64,000 nt of DNA from Schizochytrium sp. TIO01 (GCA_004764695.1 SMSO01000014.1:677648-741647), one strand, 5' to 3'; counted from the stretch's first letter, positions 23,011-35,967 are shown. Notes: generated by a model from the letters alone, not told the origin. A program made the numbers and translations.

Positions 23011-23439
23011 TCAATAAAGCTTTTTGCAAATTTGGGAATAAAAATTATTCTCTTCAAGAAGCTTTGATGCTGTACAGGCATCACGCTGCCTAAATTCAAG
23101 ACGGCCTATCCAACTCATGAATCTCAGTATCATCGATTTAATGTATGGGCCCCTTGTTCTGAGGTTCTCTGGAAGCCGCACCAATAAATAATAATTTGAC
23201 ACTAAAAAGAAAGCGTCCAGGGGGGGGGGGGGAATAAACGTCTGCAAATGAATGCTAGAATCTAGCTTCAGGCGGACATGAAAGAAGGTTGGGTGCCTAC
23301 CGGAGGTGCATGCATTCATTAATCTTTCCATGTCTAGAAGCTCTTGTTTTGGGATAACTTGAGTGTACTGTTCAAGGATGCCTCGAATATTCCAAGATAA
23401 AGATATCTTCCTTTCACCTAAATTATAGGTATTGTCCAT
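23011..23439 (-). mobile_element. Possible degenerate non-LTR retrotransposon (EEP/APE endonuclease) relic
   Basis: The 142-aa ORF contains ISLSWNIRGI (xLSWNxRGL), then QE, SG and FFLVSNYY (xNxY) in the order of APE-type endonucleases. Spacing is compressed, so the call is weak. Confidence 0.25.
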
Positions 23440-24931
23440 CGTAGAACTTGCAAAACTCAGTCGATTAGATCTTTGAAGGTTGAATATTCAGGATGCAGTA
23501 CTACATATTAAAACTAAGATCCTGCGAGAACCTATGCACTACCTGCCAATCAACCTGCAGAAACAAAAAAATCAGTGCTATATCGTACATAACGCATCAG
23601 CTTCGTTTGTATTTGAGAATGCAAATTGCGCAGAGGTAAAGCAAATAGTTATTGGGGTGCCATCTTGGAGAAGGTCGGTCAATCTCGTGGCCCTGTCTTT
23701 CGAGCACTCGTTTTTCATCTTGCTAGAGCTTCGGAATTATCTACGAAGTTGCACTTTTTTCCCCTTATGGTAGTTAAGTCAAATCAAACAAGTATCTAGC
23801 GCTGAACAGAAAAGTGCTAGCTTCACTTTTATGTTTCTGTTTATAGTGTTTAGCGTATCTCACATTAAGGTTATTTTAAATATTTTAACATTCAAATGAC
23901 CATCCTACCTTTACTAAAAATACTATTTTTTAATATTAGTAAGAATTTCTATGCTTAGTTTCATTTGTTCTTTTATTCCCACGGCTTTACTATGATGAAA
24001 AAGGATGCCCTAAATTTCTGCTTTAAAAAAAAAGAGAAAGAATCCTGCTTTTCCTCATTTAAGTTTAATGTAGAAAGAAGGATGTAATGCATAAGGTAAA
24101 ATAGTGCATAAGGGAGGTAGGAGTTGCGTCCGCGCCGCCAGTTCTTACGCCCCTCTATGATATGAACTATGTAAGTACGATATTCCACCTTGAAAAGTCT
24201 CCCTCCTGGAATTGTTGTCGTAGTGCATAATCTGAGGTTGGAAATAAATATTTGAATAAATAAAAAATATCACCGTAGCTTTTGAATCAGTGCACTGCTG
24301 CCGCCAAGACAATAAGTAGAATCTTGAACCTCTGTTTAGTATGCATAAGTTTGTTAGGCTGCAGACGCTTGCATAAACAATTTCGATTTCTACCGTCGTT
24401 TTGTTATGAGTGCGGTAAATCTAGTACGCAGTGTTCTCCTTTGCGCGGAGAGGCAGGTAACTTTTTCTTGAACATACTTTAAGTACTTGCCTTAAGAAAA
24501 TCCTTCACTTGTCTGCTAATGCATTGAATAGTGAGTGATGTGGCTCACATATATGATCAAGCTACGTCCTTGCCTTTCATTGGAGGTGTCATTGCCGCTT
24601 ACTCTGTGTCGACCAAAGTTGAAGAGCAGGCGAAGTTCGCATTTTATCTACTCTCCAAACTTTGCTCTAGTTTACCTCAATAGGTTTGGTTTCTGTCGGC
24701 ATCCCAGAAGTGTTATAGGTAGCCGCTACTACTGTTTCCATAGGTACAACACTGTGTGCTATTACTCTATTAGCAACACGTGCCGTGCGAGGTCCTTCAA
24801 TGAAAGACAGCCTCCGTAACACTCTAGAGATTAGTGAGACAACTTTGTGGGTGTCCGACTGTTATGGTGGTTGAGGTGCCAGCCTACAGGATCAAAGATC
24901 AGCAAAAGAGCAAGCACTACCGCGACCAAGA

Positions 24932-25230
24932 GAGCAGTCCGACGAGGATTCCGCGCCTTTCAAGGAGCCCGTCGATTTCAGCTAACCTGTTGGAATGATC
25001 TCTGCAGACGGATAGACGGCTAGCTATATGGATGTCACTCAGAGGACCAGTAGGTGTCCGTGAGTTGCCGTCGCTTATATATACACAGATAAGAGTCCTG
25101 GTGAGCCTTTTCTAAACTCGGCTGCGACGAAACGCCAAAGAAACCATACTCATAGTTGCAACTACGATTCCAATAGATAGATCTTGCTCACCCGTGGTAA
25201 GATCCTCAAGCTTATGCACAGACAAAGTGG
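24932..25230 (+). pseudogene. Possible decayed bromodomain fragment
   Basis: EQSDEDSAPFKEPVDFS*...SYMDVTQR in one frame resembles the bromodomain ZA loop xDSxPFxEPVD...YxDVIxxPMDL. Stops and frameshifts follow. Confidence 0.3.
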
Positions 25231-26486
25231 CTCCTCATTCGACCCGCCGGAGAAAGAGCAGTGCATAGAATCTTCAGTTTAAATGAAAGAGTTGGCTCGC
25301 TGAAATGCTAAGCTTGCCCTGCTCCACGTCTTGCCATTTACTCTGGCGAGGGATCCATATAGGTATTTATTTATACATACATAAATGATGAATGATAGTT
25401 ATGAAGGCCTTCGTGAACAAGTGCACTTTAGGGCATGTAGTTTCCAATTGACCTGCCTGAGGGTCTCCACCTCGCCAAATGACTGCGCCGACTACGTTGG
25501 TATGGCAGAAGAGCAATAAGAGCAATGGCCACAATGCAGGCTCCCAGAAACAGGCTCGGAATTTCCCCAAACGCCCACTTTGCACGCAGGCGAGCGCGGA
25601 AAGGTGTTGTAGCAGAGGTGGATGCCTACGGAAGCGTGACCCCAGGTGGTCATCGCCTAGGCCTGCGTATGCACGCGCTAAGTGGAGGCTTTTTTTTTCT
25701 TTTCCTTCCTTGCTTTTTCCATTTATTAAATTATTATTTTTTTCGTTTTTCTCGCAGTCCTCGAGATGGGCACATCCCTATGCATCGATGAAATAGTCGT
25801 TTAGAAGCGAAACATGAGGAACGCCATGTGCTAAAGAAGGTGTGGCTCTAGAATCCATGTGGCGGATGTGGCAGACTAATCATGGCCGGTCCTATGCCGG
25901 GAGCGCGATGGCAGGAGGGAGAGAGCCTGAGCAATTATACAGCGATAAGCCGAGTCGCAAGAAAGTATTCCGCGACCGACCTTTCTCCAGAAAAAGAACA
26001 AAGTAGGAGCTAGCTACCAAAAATAGACAATGAATGTCTGTATGTATGTATGTATGTGTAGATTTATTAATCACCTTGCCGGACGTCTTGGTACCGGGTA
26101 CACATGCAAACTCAGAGGGGTTAGGAGGAAAAGAGCTTGTAAGGCCGCGCCCAAAGCAAACGTGCAAGTTATACGAAGACAAGGAACACTAATATTACAT
26201 AATCCGAACTTACCTCCCGCGGCGCGTGAAATGGGACTTGTGGTGCCCCGAGAGGGCGGCGCGGAAACGAAAAAAAGCTGAATAGTGTATAGAATTATGG
26301 CCGACCCAGCTAAACAAAAACAATGTGTCCCCCTTTTTAATGGGGTTTACCCTCAGTGAATAGAAGCGAGTACATGCAAGATGATGAATTTTCAGACAAA
26401 TGCATATAGACGCATGGCCGATGCATGTGATGTGATGGTTGGACGCTTCCGAGAGATATCCAGACCTCGAATACCCGAGCGACCGA

Positions 26487-26501
26487 AACAACAACAACAA
26501 T

Positions 26502-26534
<33 letters not shown>
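26487..26534. repeat. (AAC)16 microsatellite with one AAT interruption
   Basis: Seen directly, about 180 bp upstream of the copy 2 ATG. Confidence 0.95.
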
Positions 26535-26536
<2 letters not shown>

Positions 26537-26711
26537 GATTTACAAGTCCAAAGCCAACCTGCGTCATCATTGGAGCAAATCCATATTTGTAGCAAAGCGA
26601 GAAATCCTGATTGAAAGGGATTAAGTTGAAGGACATCCATATAAAGTCTGGACCTTCGAGATTGGGTAAACTGTGTAGATTAAAGTCAAGAATTGCAATA
26701 GATTAACAAAA

Positions 26712-28988
26712 ATGCACCTCCGAGCTTTAGCAGTTATAGCTCTTATAGCAACATCTTTTAGTACTGTTAATGGTGCAATTCTTCTTGATGATGACCAGAA
26801 TGCTGTTCATACCAGAAGGTTGGTAACTTCCCGGCGTGGTCTTCAGGTTGGAGACAAATATGTCGCAATCGTCAAGGCCGGTGCGAATACTGAAGAGAGA
26901 TGCGCCGAGATCCAGCAGGATATTCTTGATTGGAAAGCAGCTAATGATACGTCTGTAATGGATTATGATCCTTATGAATCTAGTGGCACAGTACATACTG
27001 CCACTATCTCTCGCTCCTGTAACGTTTTCTTTGATGCTCCTGATCAAACTCTAGTCGACTTTGTTTCAAACATGGATGGAGTTGAGGATGTCATCGAGGA
27101 CAAGATGGTCGTAACAGCTGGAGCACCAGCGTCATGGGGACTGGATCGTATTGATCAAGCTGATCTTCCCTTGAGCCAAAGCACTTTTACTGAGGCTTAC
27201 ACAGGAAAAGGTGTCAATATCTACATTCTTGATACAGGTGTCAATTACAACCATAACGACTTTGGTAGCCGTGCCTCTCTTGCTGCAGATTTCACTTCTG
27301 AAGATGGTCAAGGAATTGCTGATGGCAATGGCCATGGATCGCACTGCTCTGGTACTGCCGCTGGTTCTTCATATGGCATTGCAAAGGAGGCCAATATCCT
27401 GGGAGTCAAGGTTCTTACATCAAGTGGCTCCGGAGCTTCATCTGATGTTATCACAGGAATTGCATGGGCAGTACAAAACCAAAAAGACTACTACGATGGC
27501 GAGCCTGCTGTGCTCTCTCTTTCTCTTGGCGGTGGAAAAAGCAAAGCTATGAAAAATGCAGTCAATGATGCTGTCGCGGAAGGTATGATTGTTGTCGTTG
27601 CAGCTGGAAACGATGCTACTGATGCATGTAACTCTTCCCCATCAGATGCTGGTGGCTCCGCTGATGACGGTGGTGTCATCACTGTTGGTGCCACGACTAA
27701 GACTGATGGTTTTGCTTCTTACTCAAACTATGGAAGTTGTGTCGATCTGCTTGCTCCGGGAAGCTCTATCAAGTCCACCTACAAGGGTTCCACAACTGCT
27801 ACTGCAACGATGAGTGGTACTTCTATGGCTACCCCGCATGTTGCTGGTGTAGCTGCAGTACTTTTGGAGAAGCACAACAAAGACAGTGCAAGCGCACAGA
27901 CTGAGCTTATTAGCCTTCTGCAGCCAAACAAGATTTCTGGAGTTCCTGAAGACACTTTGAACCGCCTCCTTCAGGTTCCCGTGTACACTGGCCCCCCTAC
28001 CCCCCCAACTGTGTCGCCAACTATGCCCCCAACAGCAGCACCGGACGCTGTTTGTGTGTCATACGGTTCTTCTAAAACCTGCTACGATTTTGCGCAGTCA
28101 TCTTTTGGCGGAGATTTCCCGTCCAAGTCACTTACTCAAGGAACTCTGGTTTCTACTGATGATATGCTTTGTTCCAAACCATCTGACGACTTCACTGGAA
28201 AGGTGGTCCTTGTACAACGCGGCGATTGCACCTTCTTCGATAAAGTTAAGTATGCAGAAGCCAAGGGTGCAATTGCTGTGATTATTCGGCTAGTCGATGA
28301 AAGTGATATCTTTGCGCCAACATACTACGGCAACGAGAACGTTGATATCCTCTCTGTGATGGTAAGCCAGGCTGACGGTCTTAAGATGGTGAGCCTTGCA
28401 GCAAAGGGAGGCATTGCAAAGCTGGGTTCCCCAAGCTATGATGTAGTTATTTCCCCAACTCCCTACCCCACCTCAGGTCCTACGCAGAAGCCTACGCCCG
28501 CGCCTACCGTGGTCTGCACTTCCCAAACATCAAAGTCCAAATGCACCAAGTACAGCTACTGCACTTGGGACACCTCGAGCAGTGGATGCTATAACCTTGA
28601 AACCGACGATGTCCCATGCAGTCTTCTTCCGGATTCCTCTTCTTGCAATTCCAAAGATGGATGCTCCTGGGCTCTGATTCCTGAAGAAAGTGCTGCAAGC
28701 GCATGCTATGACGAGTCACTTGTGCCTTCTGATGTAGACCAGAGTACCCCTAGCTGCACGAAGATGACTAACTCCGATGCTGAATCTACTTGTGAAGCTA
28801 TCGGCGAAAGTCTGTGCACAAGCTCCCAGCTCCTATATGCTGATAAGGATACCACATGCAAATTCAACACTAACTGGGTTTGGTCCTCCACGTCTTGTGG
28901 AAACAACAAGTTTTACCAGGTAAAGTACAGCAGTGGCTCCATCCGTTGCATTAAATACACTGGAAAGGCGGGTACTCGTTGCTGTTAA
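26712..28988 (+). CDS. Secreted S8A subtilisin with PA and Cys-rich domains, copy 2
   Basis: 758-aa ORF with signal peptide, SWGLDRIDQ, ILDTG / DGNGHGSH / SGTSMATPHVAG, AAGN, PA GKVVLVQRGDCTFFDK, and terminal RCC. Confidence 0.95.
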   Translation: MHLRALAVIALIATSFSTVNGAILLDDDQNAVHTRRLVTSRRGLQVGDKYVAIVKAGANTEERCAEIQQDILDWKAANDTSVMDYDPYESSGTVHTATISRSCNVFFDAPDQTLVDFVSNMDGVEDVIEDKMVVTAGAPASWGLDRIDQADLPLSQSTFTEAYTGKGVNIYILDTGVNYNHNDFGSRASLAADFTSEDGQGIADGNGHGSHCSGTAAGSSYGIAKEANILGVKVLTSSGSGASSDVITGIAWAVQNQKDYYDGEPAVLSLSLGGGKSKAMKNAVNDAVAEGMIVVVAAGNDATDACNSSPSDAGGSADDGGVITVGATTKTDGFASYSNYGSCVDLLAPGSSIKSTYKGSTTATATMSGTSMATPHVAGVAAVLLEKHNKDSASAQTELISLLQPNKISGVPEDTLNRLLQVPVYTGPPTPPTVSPTMPPTAAPDAVCVSYGSSKTCYDFAQSSFGGDFPSKSLTQGTLVSTDDMLCSKPSDDFTGKVVLVQRGDCTFFDKVKYAEAKGAIAVIIRLVDESDIFAPTYYGNENVDILSVMVSQADGLKMVSLAAKGGIAKLGSPSYDVVISPTPYPTSGPTQKPTPAPTVVCTSQTSKSKCTKYSYCTWDTSSSGCYNLETDDVPCSLLPDSSSCNSKDGCSWALIPEESAASACYDESLVPSDVDQSTPSCTKMTNSDAESTCEAIGESLCTSSQLLYADKDTTCKFNTNWVWSSTSCGNNKFYQVKYSSGSIRCIKYTGKAGTRCC

Positions 28989-29218
28989 GACTGGTGAATG
29001 TAGGACCACAAATGTGTCCCCAAGTATGAGTTTTTTTTTCTGACAAAGGTTTTCCCACCATGAGAAACATTTGTCTGGCCAAATGTACAAAAACAAATTG
29101 TCGTACATTGTCTCTGATGAGTTTCCTAAGCAAAATCTTCTAAAAGCTTAAAATGTTCTTGGATTTTTCTGAATCGTTTTTACTACAAACCATTGTTCTA
29201 CTAAAACAAATTTACGGA

Positions 29219-29575
29219 TCTATCTCGATAAAGGATCCTTTGCAGAGATGAATATTGCGTCGCAAGACAGAAAGACCACTACTGCCAATGATGAGTTCCG
29301 GTAGGCAAACTAAGCTAATCTGTCTATATATACGACAATTGATGCACCTTTCTCGGTTAAATATCCTTCTCAGATTTTGATTATGTATTGCAAAGCAGAA
29401 AGACCACTTCTGTCATTGATGAGTTCCGGTAGGTGAATTAGGCAAATATGTCTATACATACAGCAATTGATGCAACTATCTCAATAAAATATCCTTCTTA
29501 GATATTGATTATACATTGCAGAATAGAAAGACCATCTCTATGTTTGCTGAGTTCTAGTAAGCGGGTCAAACCAAT
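29219..29575. repeat. Diverged tandem repeat, 128-bp period, about 2.8 copies
   Basis: The anchor AGAAAGACCA recurs at 29269, 29397 and 29525, with aligned internal blocks (TGAGTTCCGGTAGG, CAATTGATGCA, AATATCCTTCT). Confidence 0.9.
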
Positions 29576-32500
29576 CTCTTTTAACTTTTTGTATAACCAA
29601 TCATCACAAGAAACAGAAACAAAAATGTAATGATTTCTATATCACGTTTAAAGCTAAACCTAAATTGTTGCCTGCCGAGACTTTTAGTTGTTTTTGTTTT
29701 GTTTTTTTAAGGGCGGGGAATCAGGTTCTGGCAACAATGGGCTTGCGGACAACATAGACATAGCATAACTATTTTATGATACAGGTTCTTGGTTAACGAA
29801 AAGATTGAGTATTCAAATTCTATGATGGCTGTGTATACAAACGTGATTTTGCTGTTTATCTAGGTACCACTAGAATCAATCAATGTTGCTTTCTACTTTG
29901 GTTACCGTCCCTACCAAAGTTTGCTTTTAGGGCATCCATTTTACTACCACGCAGTTGAAACTTCAAGTGCCTTCCATCGAGATCTTGTTGAACTCAGTCG
30001 ACTTCTCACAGCGTTCAATGCAGTGCAGTGCGTGTGCATTAATAGACATAAGCTTTCATGTGCATGCTTCTGCCAGTGGGTCGTAGGTTGATGCTTAAAC
30101 TTGATAGCCTCTTCAGCAATAGGAGACGCAAAGCGGACACCCTACGACCACCATCAAGTTGTTGTATCGCAATGGATGCTTGCGCGCAGCAAGCAACTGA
30201 AAAGCATCTGCTGTTGATGGCCAATAAAACTCACGTGCGGCTCCGTCCCTTTTGACCTCCACATCTAACTTCCGCCTGTATCTAGAGGCCGGGCCGACTT
30301 TTATGAAATTATCCTGCTCTGCCTGTATCTTACAATTTGGTGAACTCGTTTCCAAAGCTACCCTAGACCAATCCGTGCAAAGACTAAATAGAAGCTTACG
30401 ATTCTGTAGCACTAGCTCTGTAGACGAGATGCATCGTGGGCGGGACGCCTTCAAGCTATTCCACAAAACAAACTCGCTCAAGACAAATCTCGCTCGCTCA
30501 CTCGATCACTCTTTTAAACTAACTAGCAGTGGCATTTGTGAAAAGAAAAAGAAAAGAAAATTTCTCGTTTAGGTTCCCAAAGTCGGCTCACCTCTCTCCA
30601 AACTGGTAGTTATTGAAACAAAATCATTACGTGCAGCCCGCTCTTACTCGCCAAAAGTATACTTACTAAATATTGCTATTGCACCTTTCCACGTGCTCAG
30701 AGTGCTTCTCGCATGGAAGCTCACAGAACCAATCGATTGCGGATGAGGTCGGAGGAGGTAGCCCAATCGAGATCCAGAGCAAATCATTGGCTTGCTCAGC
30801 TACCTAGCTTCCTCGATTTTCGCACTATCGCACACCTCCGTTCGACAGATGACTCGACTCTCGTCGATGATGCCTACTCTCAGTTTATGATGGTGATATA
30901 ATTTTAAGTTAGACGCTCTGTTTTGCATCATGGGGTCTGTAAGCGAGGCACCAAACTTTCTGCTTCTGTTTTTTGTTTTGGTTTTTTGCAAAGCAATATG
31001 GATAGATCCTGTGCAATACTCGAAAGACCTTCTATATGATGATTCACCACAATAGCAACCACCAATGTAAAGTGTTGTCTGTATAAGTACAATTTATAAG
31101 ACTGTACTTTCCAAGAAGATGTGCAAACGAGCCAACGGAAGGGACACTTAATTTCCCCTTGCGCAACGTCGGAAACATGAACTTAAGCAAGTGGCTACCA
31201 ATGCAACTGTATGGATGCTTAGAGGAAAGTTGCAGTATGTAAAATCACTCGTTCGATCCTGAGTTCTTGAAACATATAACTACCGAAATCTGGTTGCCGT
31301 CCTTATTCTGATTTTAATTAAAATAATGATAATAAACTTTTAATTATTTATTTTAAAAAAAATATGCACTTGTATTACTTTGCAACTCTTTATATTATGC
31401 ATAGCACACGAATGTGCTACTCCGTTAGAGTCACGGTTGTTTTGGTTTTATTTATTTCTTACACAGTTTTTCGTGGTATCAAACAACTAAAAGAAATATT
31501 TACCCTTACCTTGGTATAGGTACGTATATAAATATTTAACCTAACTTTCGATTCCGTCTGTCACTTCACTCCTGTATCTCCTCACATCTTTATCAAACTA
31601 GTCTACACAATAGCTTTCCCAATCCTATGAAGTTGCTCAAATTTTGTTGCCACTGCAGCTGATTGCTCTTTCCTTCTCTTTTATAGCGGTGGTACTGGTA
31701 TTAAGGAAAAAAATAGTCACAGGCAATCAAAGGATTTGAACTGTCCGCCTACCCTCCCATAATGCTCTATTTGATGTAAATGCAGGCCAAGCATGCATGA
31801 ACATGACATAACATGACAGTATTTTAATCTTGATACATAATGAAAAACTAAACATTCGAAATTGCTTACTTTGTATTGTACTCTGTTCGCCCATTTTTTG
31901 GGGAATCAGCGTTGTCAACGGCTCATTTGTTGGATTCATTTCTTCTGGAGTAATGTAAACCATGAAGCTTTGACTGAACAACTCATTTAAGAGCTCCCCA
32001 AAGTTGAAGAGAAAATGTGCACCCATACTAGCTTCATGGCAACGCGAAACGAGATTAAAATGTGCGCACATTTCTGCGTTTTCACTGAGTTACAGCAGCA
32101 AACTCAGTGCCTTTGCCAAATCAGGAAGGTGCGGAATAGCAGATTGTCTTGAATTCGAGAAATGCCGTTAGAGTCGATCCAGTACAAGCACCGCTTGGTG
32201 CAAAGAGAACTCTCCAGTTCTTAGGTTTCCAGATTATGTCTGGAAGCCTGAAATAGTATCTAAATAACTCATTCTGCTATGCCTAGAATAAAATGGGCGA
32301 TCTACCTACTTAATTAAATACCATTCCGACTGAACAAAGGCACTTTGCCGATGTTGAATTCTGAGCAAACGATTCTTCAAACTCCACTGCCTTGCCAGAG
32401 TCAATGGAGTGAGAAAATTGCGGTTCCGAGGATCCCCAAGCTTTCACAAGCACAGTCCATGTAACGCTGTCACTGTGGATCTTAGGACTATTAGATGCGT

Positions 32501-35500
32501 TCTATGTTTTCTGGTGTGCAATAGGAGTACCTACAGAGTATTTAGGCTCTTATTAGTGTAACGCTTTGATGTAACCATAACAAGCTCTATTTTAAAAACG
32601 ACTACTCTTTCGCGCCGAAAACACAGGCAGAAAGTTTCGCAAAGGACCATGGCGGATTGAATCTCAAGAATCATTATGCAAGAATACCTCAATCAATTAG
32701 GTTTCAAAAGGGGTAAATAAGACAATCTGAGGTTATTTTTCTATGATATCCATTCTTGAAGGCTTTGCGGCATACGCTTTACTTACTACCTAATGCTTGC
32801 TGGAATGAATTGCTCGCTTCCTTCAGCTCTTAAGGACGTTATGAATTTGATTCCGAGGACTGAATAGCTTATTGTCGTTGAATTGACCTTCGCCACTCTC
32901 GGGGCGTCCGACACTAGGATGATATGTGCCAATGTATGTATTCCTCAATCATGCCTGCAAGTGCCAACGCCAAGTAAGCAGGCACTTTTTTATGGAGCCA
33001 TTTTACACGCGCGTGCACTTAGATTGAGCCTCTACGTTGGGTTCAAAGAAAGAAAGAAAAGAAAAAGACCTTTTCCCCTTTTATCTGCTAATTTATATAA
33101 CCTCTTTAAAAGAGGGTCAATTGCAAAACGCGATGGTGCGACAAAGGCTGACGATTCAAGCTTTGCAGAGAAAGTGTTTTGTCACAACTCAGGAGGGGTT
33201 GGAAAAGAAGAGGCTTCTCCTCTGATTGACTGTGGCATGAAAACCACTGGAATGGTTTAGCAGAAGCTATGGAAGCTTCTGGACACGAAGCGAAGACTTT
33301 TATCCACATTTGCCGGTTGAACGAGCAAGAATTTCTAGCAACTATTGCCAGAGGTTAATAACCCCCCCCCCCCCCCCTCTCCCAGGTAAAGCATAAAATA
33401 CTATACACTGAAACTAGCTTCTGGCAGCACCGTGACTGGCAATTATTTGGGAAACTTTCTCAAGGTTTACTCTGGATGCTCTGCTCTGCATGCTTGACAC
33501 AGGTGCACAGTCTATTTGCGAAGGAGTGCCTGGACTCTCAAGGCAGACGTTTTCATATAGTTTCAGATACCTACAACGAAAACCCGAACTTGCTTTTTTT
33601 GGTGCCAGAATCTCTGTTTCCCGTTGTGCTGTAGAAGTTCTTGTATGAAAAGTAGGTGCCATGGAGCTCTACTTCTTAATAAAACTTTCTTTAGGATATG
33701 CTGCATCATTCGCTTAGTGGTTCGTCGCGCATTGTGTATTGGTTACAAATAAAGATGGATGGCCTTCGCCAATTTCGGTGACTAACTTGAGCTTTTACAG
33801 AACAACGTGTATCATAGAGTGATAAAATAGGGAGGGAGGTTCTATCGGTGCAGTTAGGTTAATTTCGTACTATAAAAATCCTCATTATGCAAGTATTTCC
33901 ACAGAACTGTCAGCTGATTGGCCTTGGTTTACATGCAGCTTTTGTTTTAAGCATATCGGGAAAGGGTACACTATTTCCCTCTTTGGATGTAAAGGAAACA
34001 GGTTTGGTCATTCGAAAAGAAACCCATCGAACATGATTCTCGATTGGCTCAAAGCGTTCAAGTTTAAGCTCTGTAGAATTTATTCTTCATAAATTAGAGG
34101 ATGCGGTATCAGTGGGAGGTACTTAGACCTCTTGAATATGTGTGTGTATCTGTCTGCATGTGTGATGCCGGCTATTGCTCGTGCCGATATGGTTTCAAAG
34201 AAACTGTCAATCTCGCTGGATGAAGTTCGATACGCGCATTCGTTTGGCGCGTTTCTTTGCCTCAGTAATGGCTGCACATCTTTAAGATTATTTTGTTTAA
34301 TTAAAAGTTTATTTATTCACTTTGGAGTAATAAAAATACAAAATTGAAAAGAAAAAAATATCAGCACTTGGCCTACACGCAACATAAATCTAATTGAGCC
34401 TTCGTTTAAAGGTAGATAGAAAAACCGCTGCACTAGCCGCTGACTAGAAAGTGCCTTGAGTCTTGAGAGAGTATGCGCGCGCTACTTTGCGTGTAATTCT
34501 TCTGCTGTTGCAAATTTGCAGTTCGCAAGGATGGAAAGGGCGACTTTTAGCTTCCTAGTGTAGTAACTACCTGGGTTGACCTTTTGGTGCGAACGTTAAA
34601 AATAATTTGAAATAAAATAAAAAAGAGAGAACGTTTCTACAAGTTTATTTTCTTTGACAAAGAAAAGCCTGTCATCAATCAACCACGTGAGAGGCAGGCC
34701 TAAGGACGCTCGTGGATCAAAACTTTGGCTTATCAAAGTTTCGGAGGGACGATTTTCCACACAGTCTTTTGAATCGAAGCTTTATTCGATGGATCACCGA
34801 TCGTCCTCTAAGTGTGTGCAATTTTTGTTTTGCTTTGTACATGTGTCTGCCAAATTTATAAATCAGCTTCCGAAAAGGCGTGCGTCTTTGAGGGTCGCGA
34901 AGCACACGAAAGACTTAGAACCGTGCTAGTGAGATCGGGACACATGAGCAGATATGCAAAGCAACGATTGACTTACTCGTGAGTAAGATATCTCAGTAGC
35001 TGAAACGGTTAGCCAATTAATTATCATCACTGATCGACTAATTATCCAATTACTCACTGCACATGCCAAAGTAACTGAAGATTTGATGTCAATTGAGGAG
35101 GCCCTGTGAGCAACCACGACAGACTCTAGGCTGAAGGAGAAACTAAGCTAAGTAAGGCCATCGGCCAGAGTCCATGCAGAATGCAATACGCACAATGCTA
35201 AGTAAGACCCTAATAGATTAAACATAAGAGTTCTTTTGTACGTGCGTCACATTCATTTTTTCGAATTTAAAAAGTATATTTTTAAAATGTGCCACACTTT
35301 ACTACAGTATTGTCTGGTTTTTCTTTTCTTTTATATGTATAGTTGCTCAGCTACCTTCTCCGATGATGGCCTGTTCAGTACTGGAGGTCGCCCTACTGCT
35401 TGAAACAGAGGGAACTCTAAATAGGACGTAGGAATTATGACGCCAGCACCTATACGTGCGAAAACCATGCCTTTTGTTTTCATTTTATTATTTTCAGAAG

Positions 35501-35967
35501 CATTCATACATTCTCTGTAACCAAAAAAAGTCTTGGTAGTTTGGGCATATGCAAGGGCTATGGAGTATATCGAACTTTCAAGTTCCTCTTTAGTTTCTTT
35601 TTTTTTGTAAGTTAGTTTTTATTATTCCTTCTTTCATTATTTTCTTTTGAAAAAAAAATAAACATTTCCTTGCGTTCTGAGGAGTAAAAATGAGAACCAC
35701 TGGCACGACGGACTGCTTGGTGGAATGAAGAGCATCCGGGAAGAGCAAAACCAAATCTCGCTACGGCAGCTGCCCGTAGCGAACAGCATTTTCATTTTGG
35801 TGAAGCGAGGGCGAGGCCACGCTCTGCTTGTATCTAATTATTACTTTTAGGGATTGCTGCAAGACTGAGATCGATCTTACCATACGATATCGTTTTAGAG
35901 AACGCTCTGACAAAGGCCAATCGTAGTTTTAATATAAACGACCAGACTTGTGCTTGTAGAGATAACA

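Noticed and set aside
26210-26640. Poly-Leu, poly-Val, poly-Cys and poly-Asn ORFs
   Set aside because: All are translations of the (AAC)n microsatellite.
29219-29575. 128-bp repeat as a CRISPR array or tandem C/D snoRNAs
   Set aside because: The units align along their whole length, so there are no unique spacers, and the context is eukaryotic. A C-box-like ATGATGA is present in unit 1, but no CTGA D box follows.
30113-30481. FYWP...CPLC ORF as a retroviral integrase zinc finger
   Set aside because: No upstream His pair, and the FYWP-to-CxxC spacing is too long; left unassigned.
30713-30901. LPSFLDFRTIAHL as an F-box fragment
   Set aside because: Only one partial helix matches.
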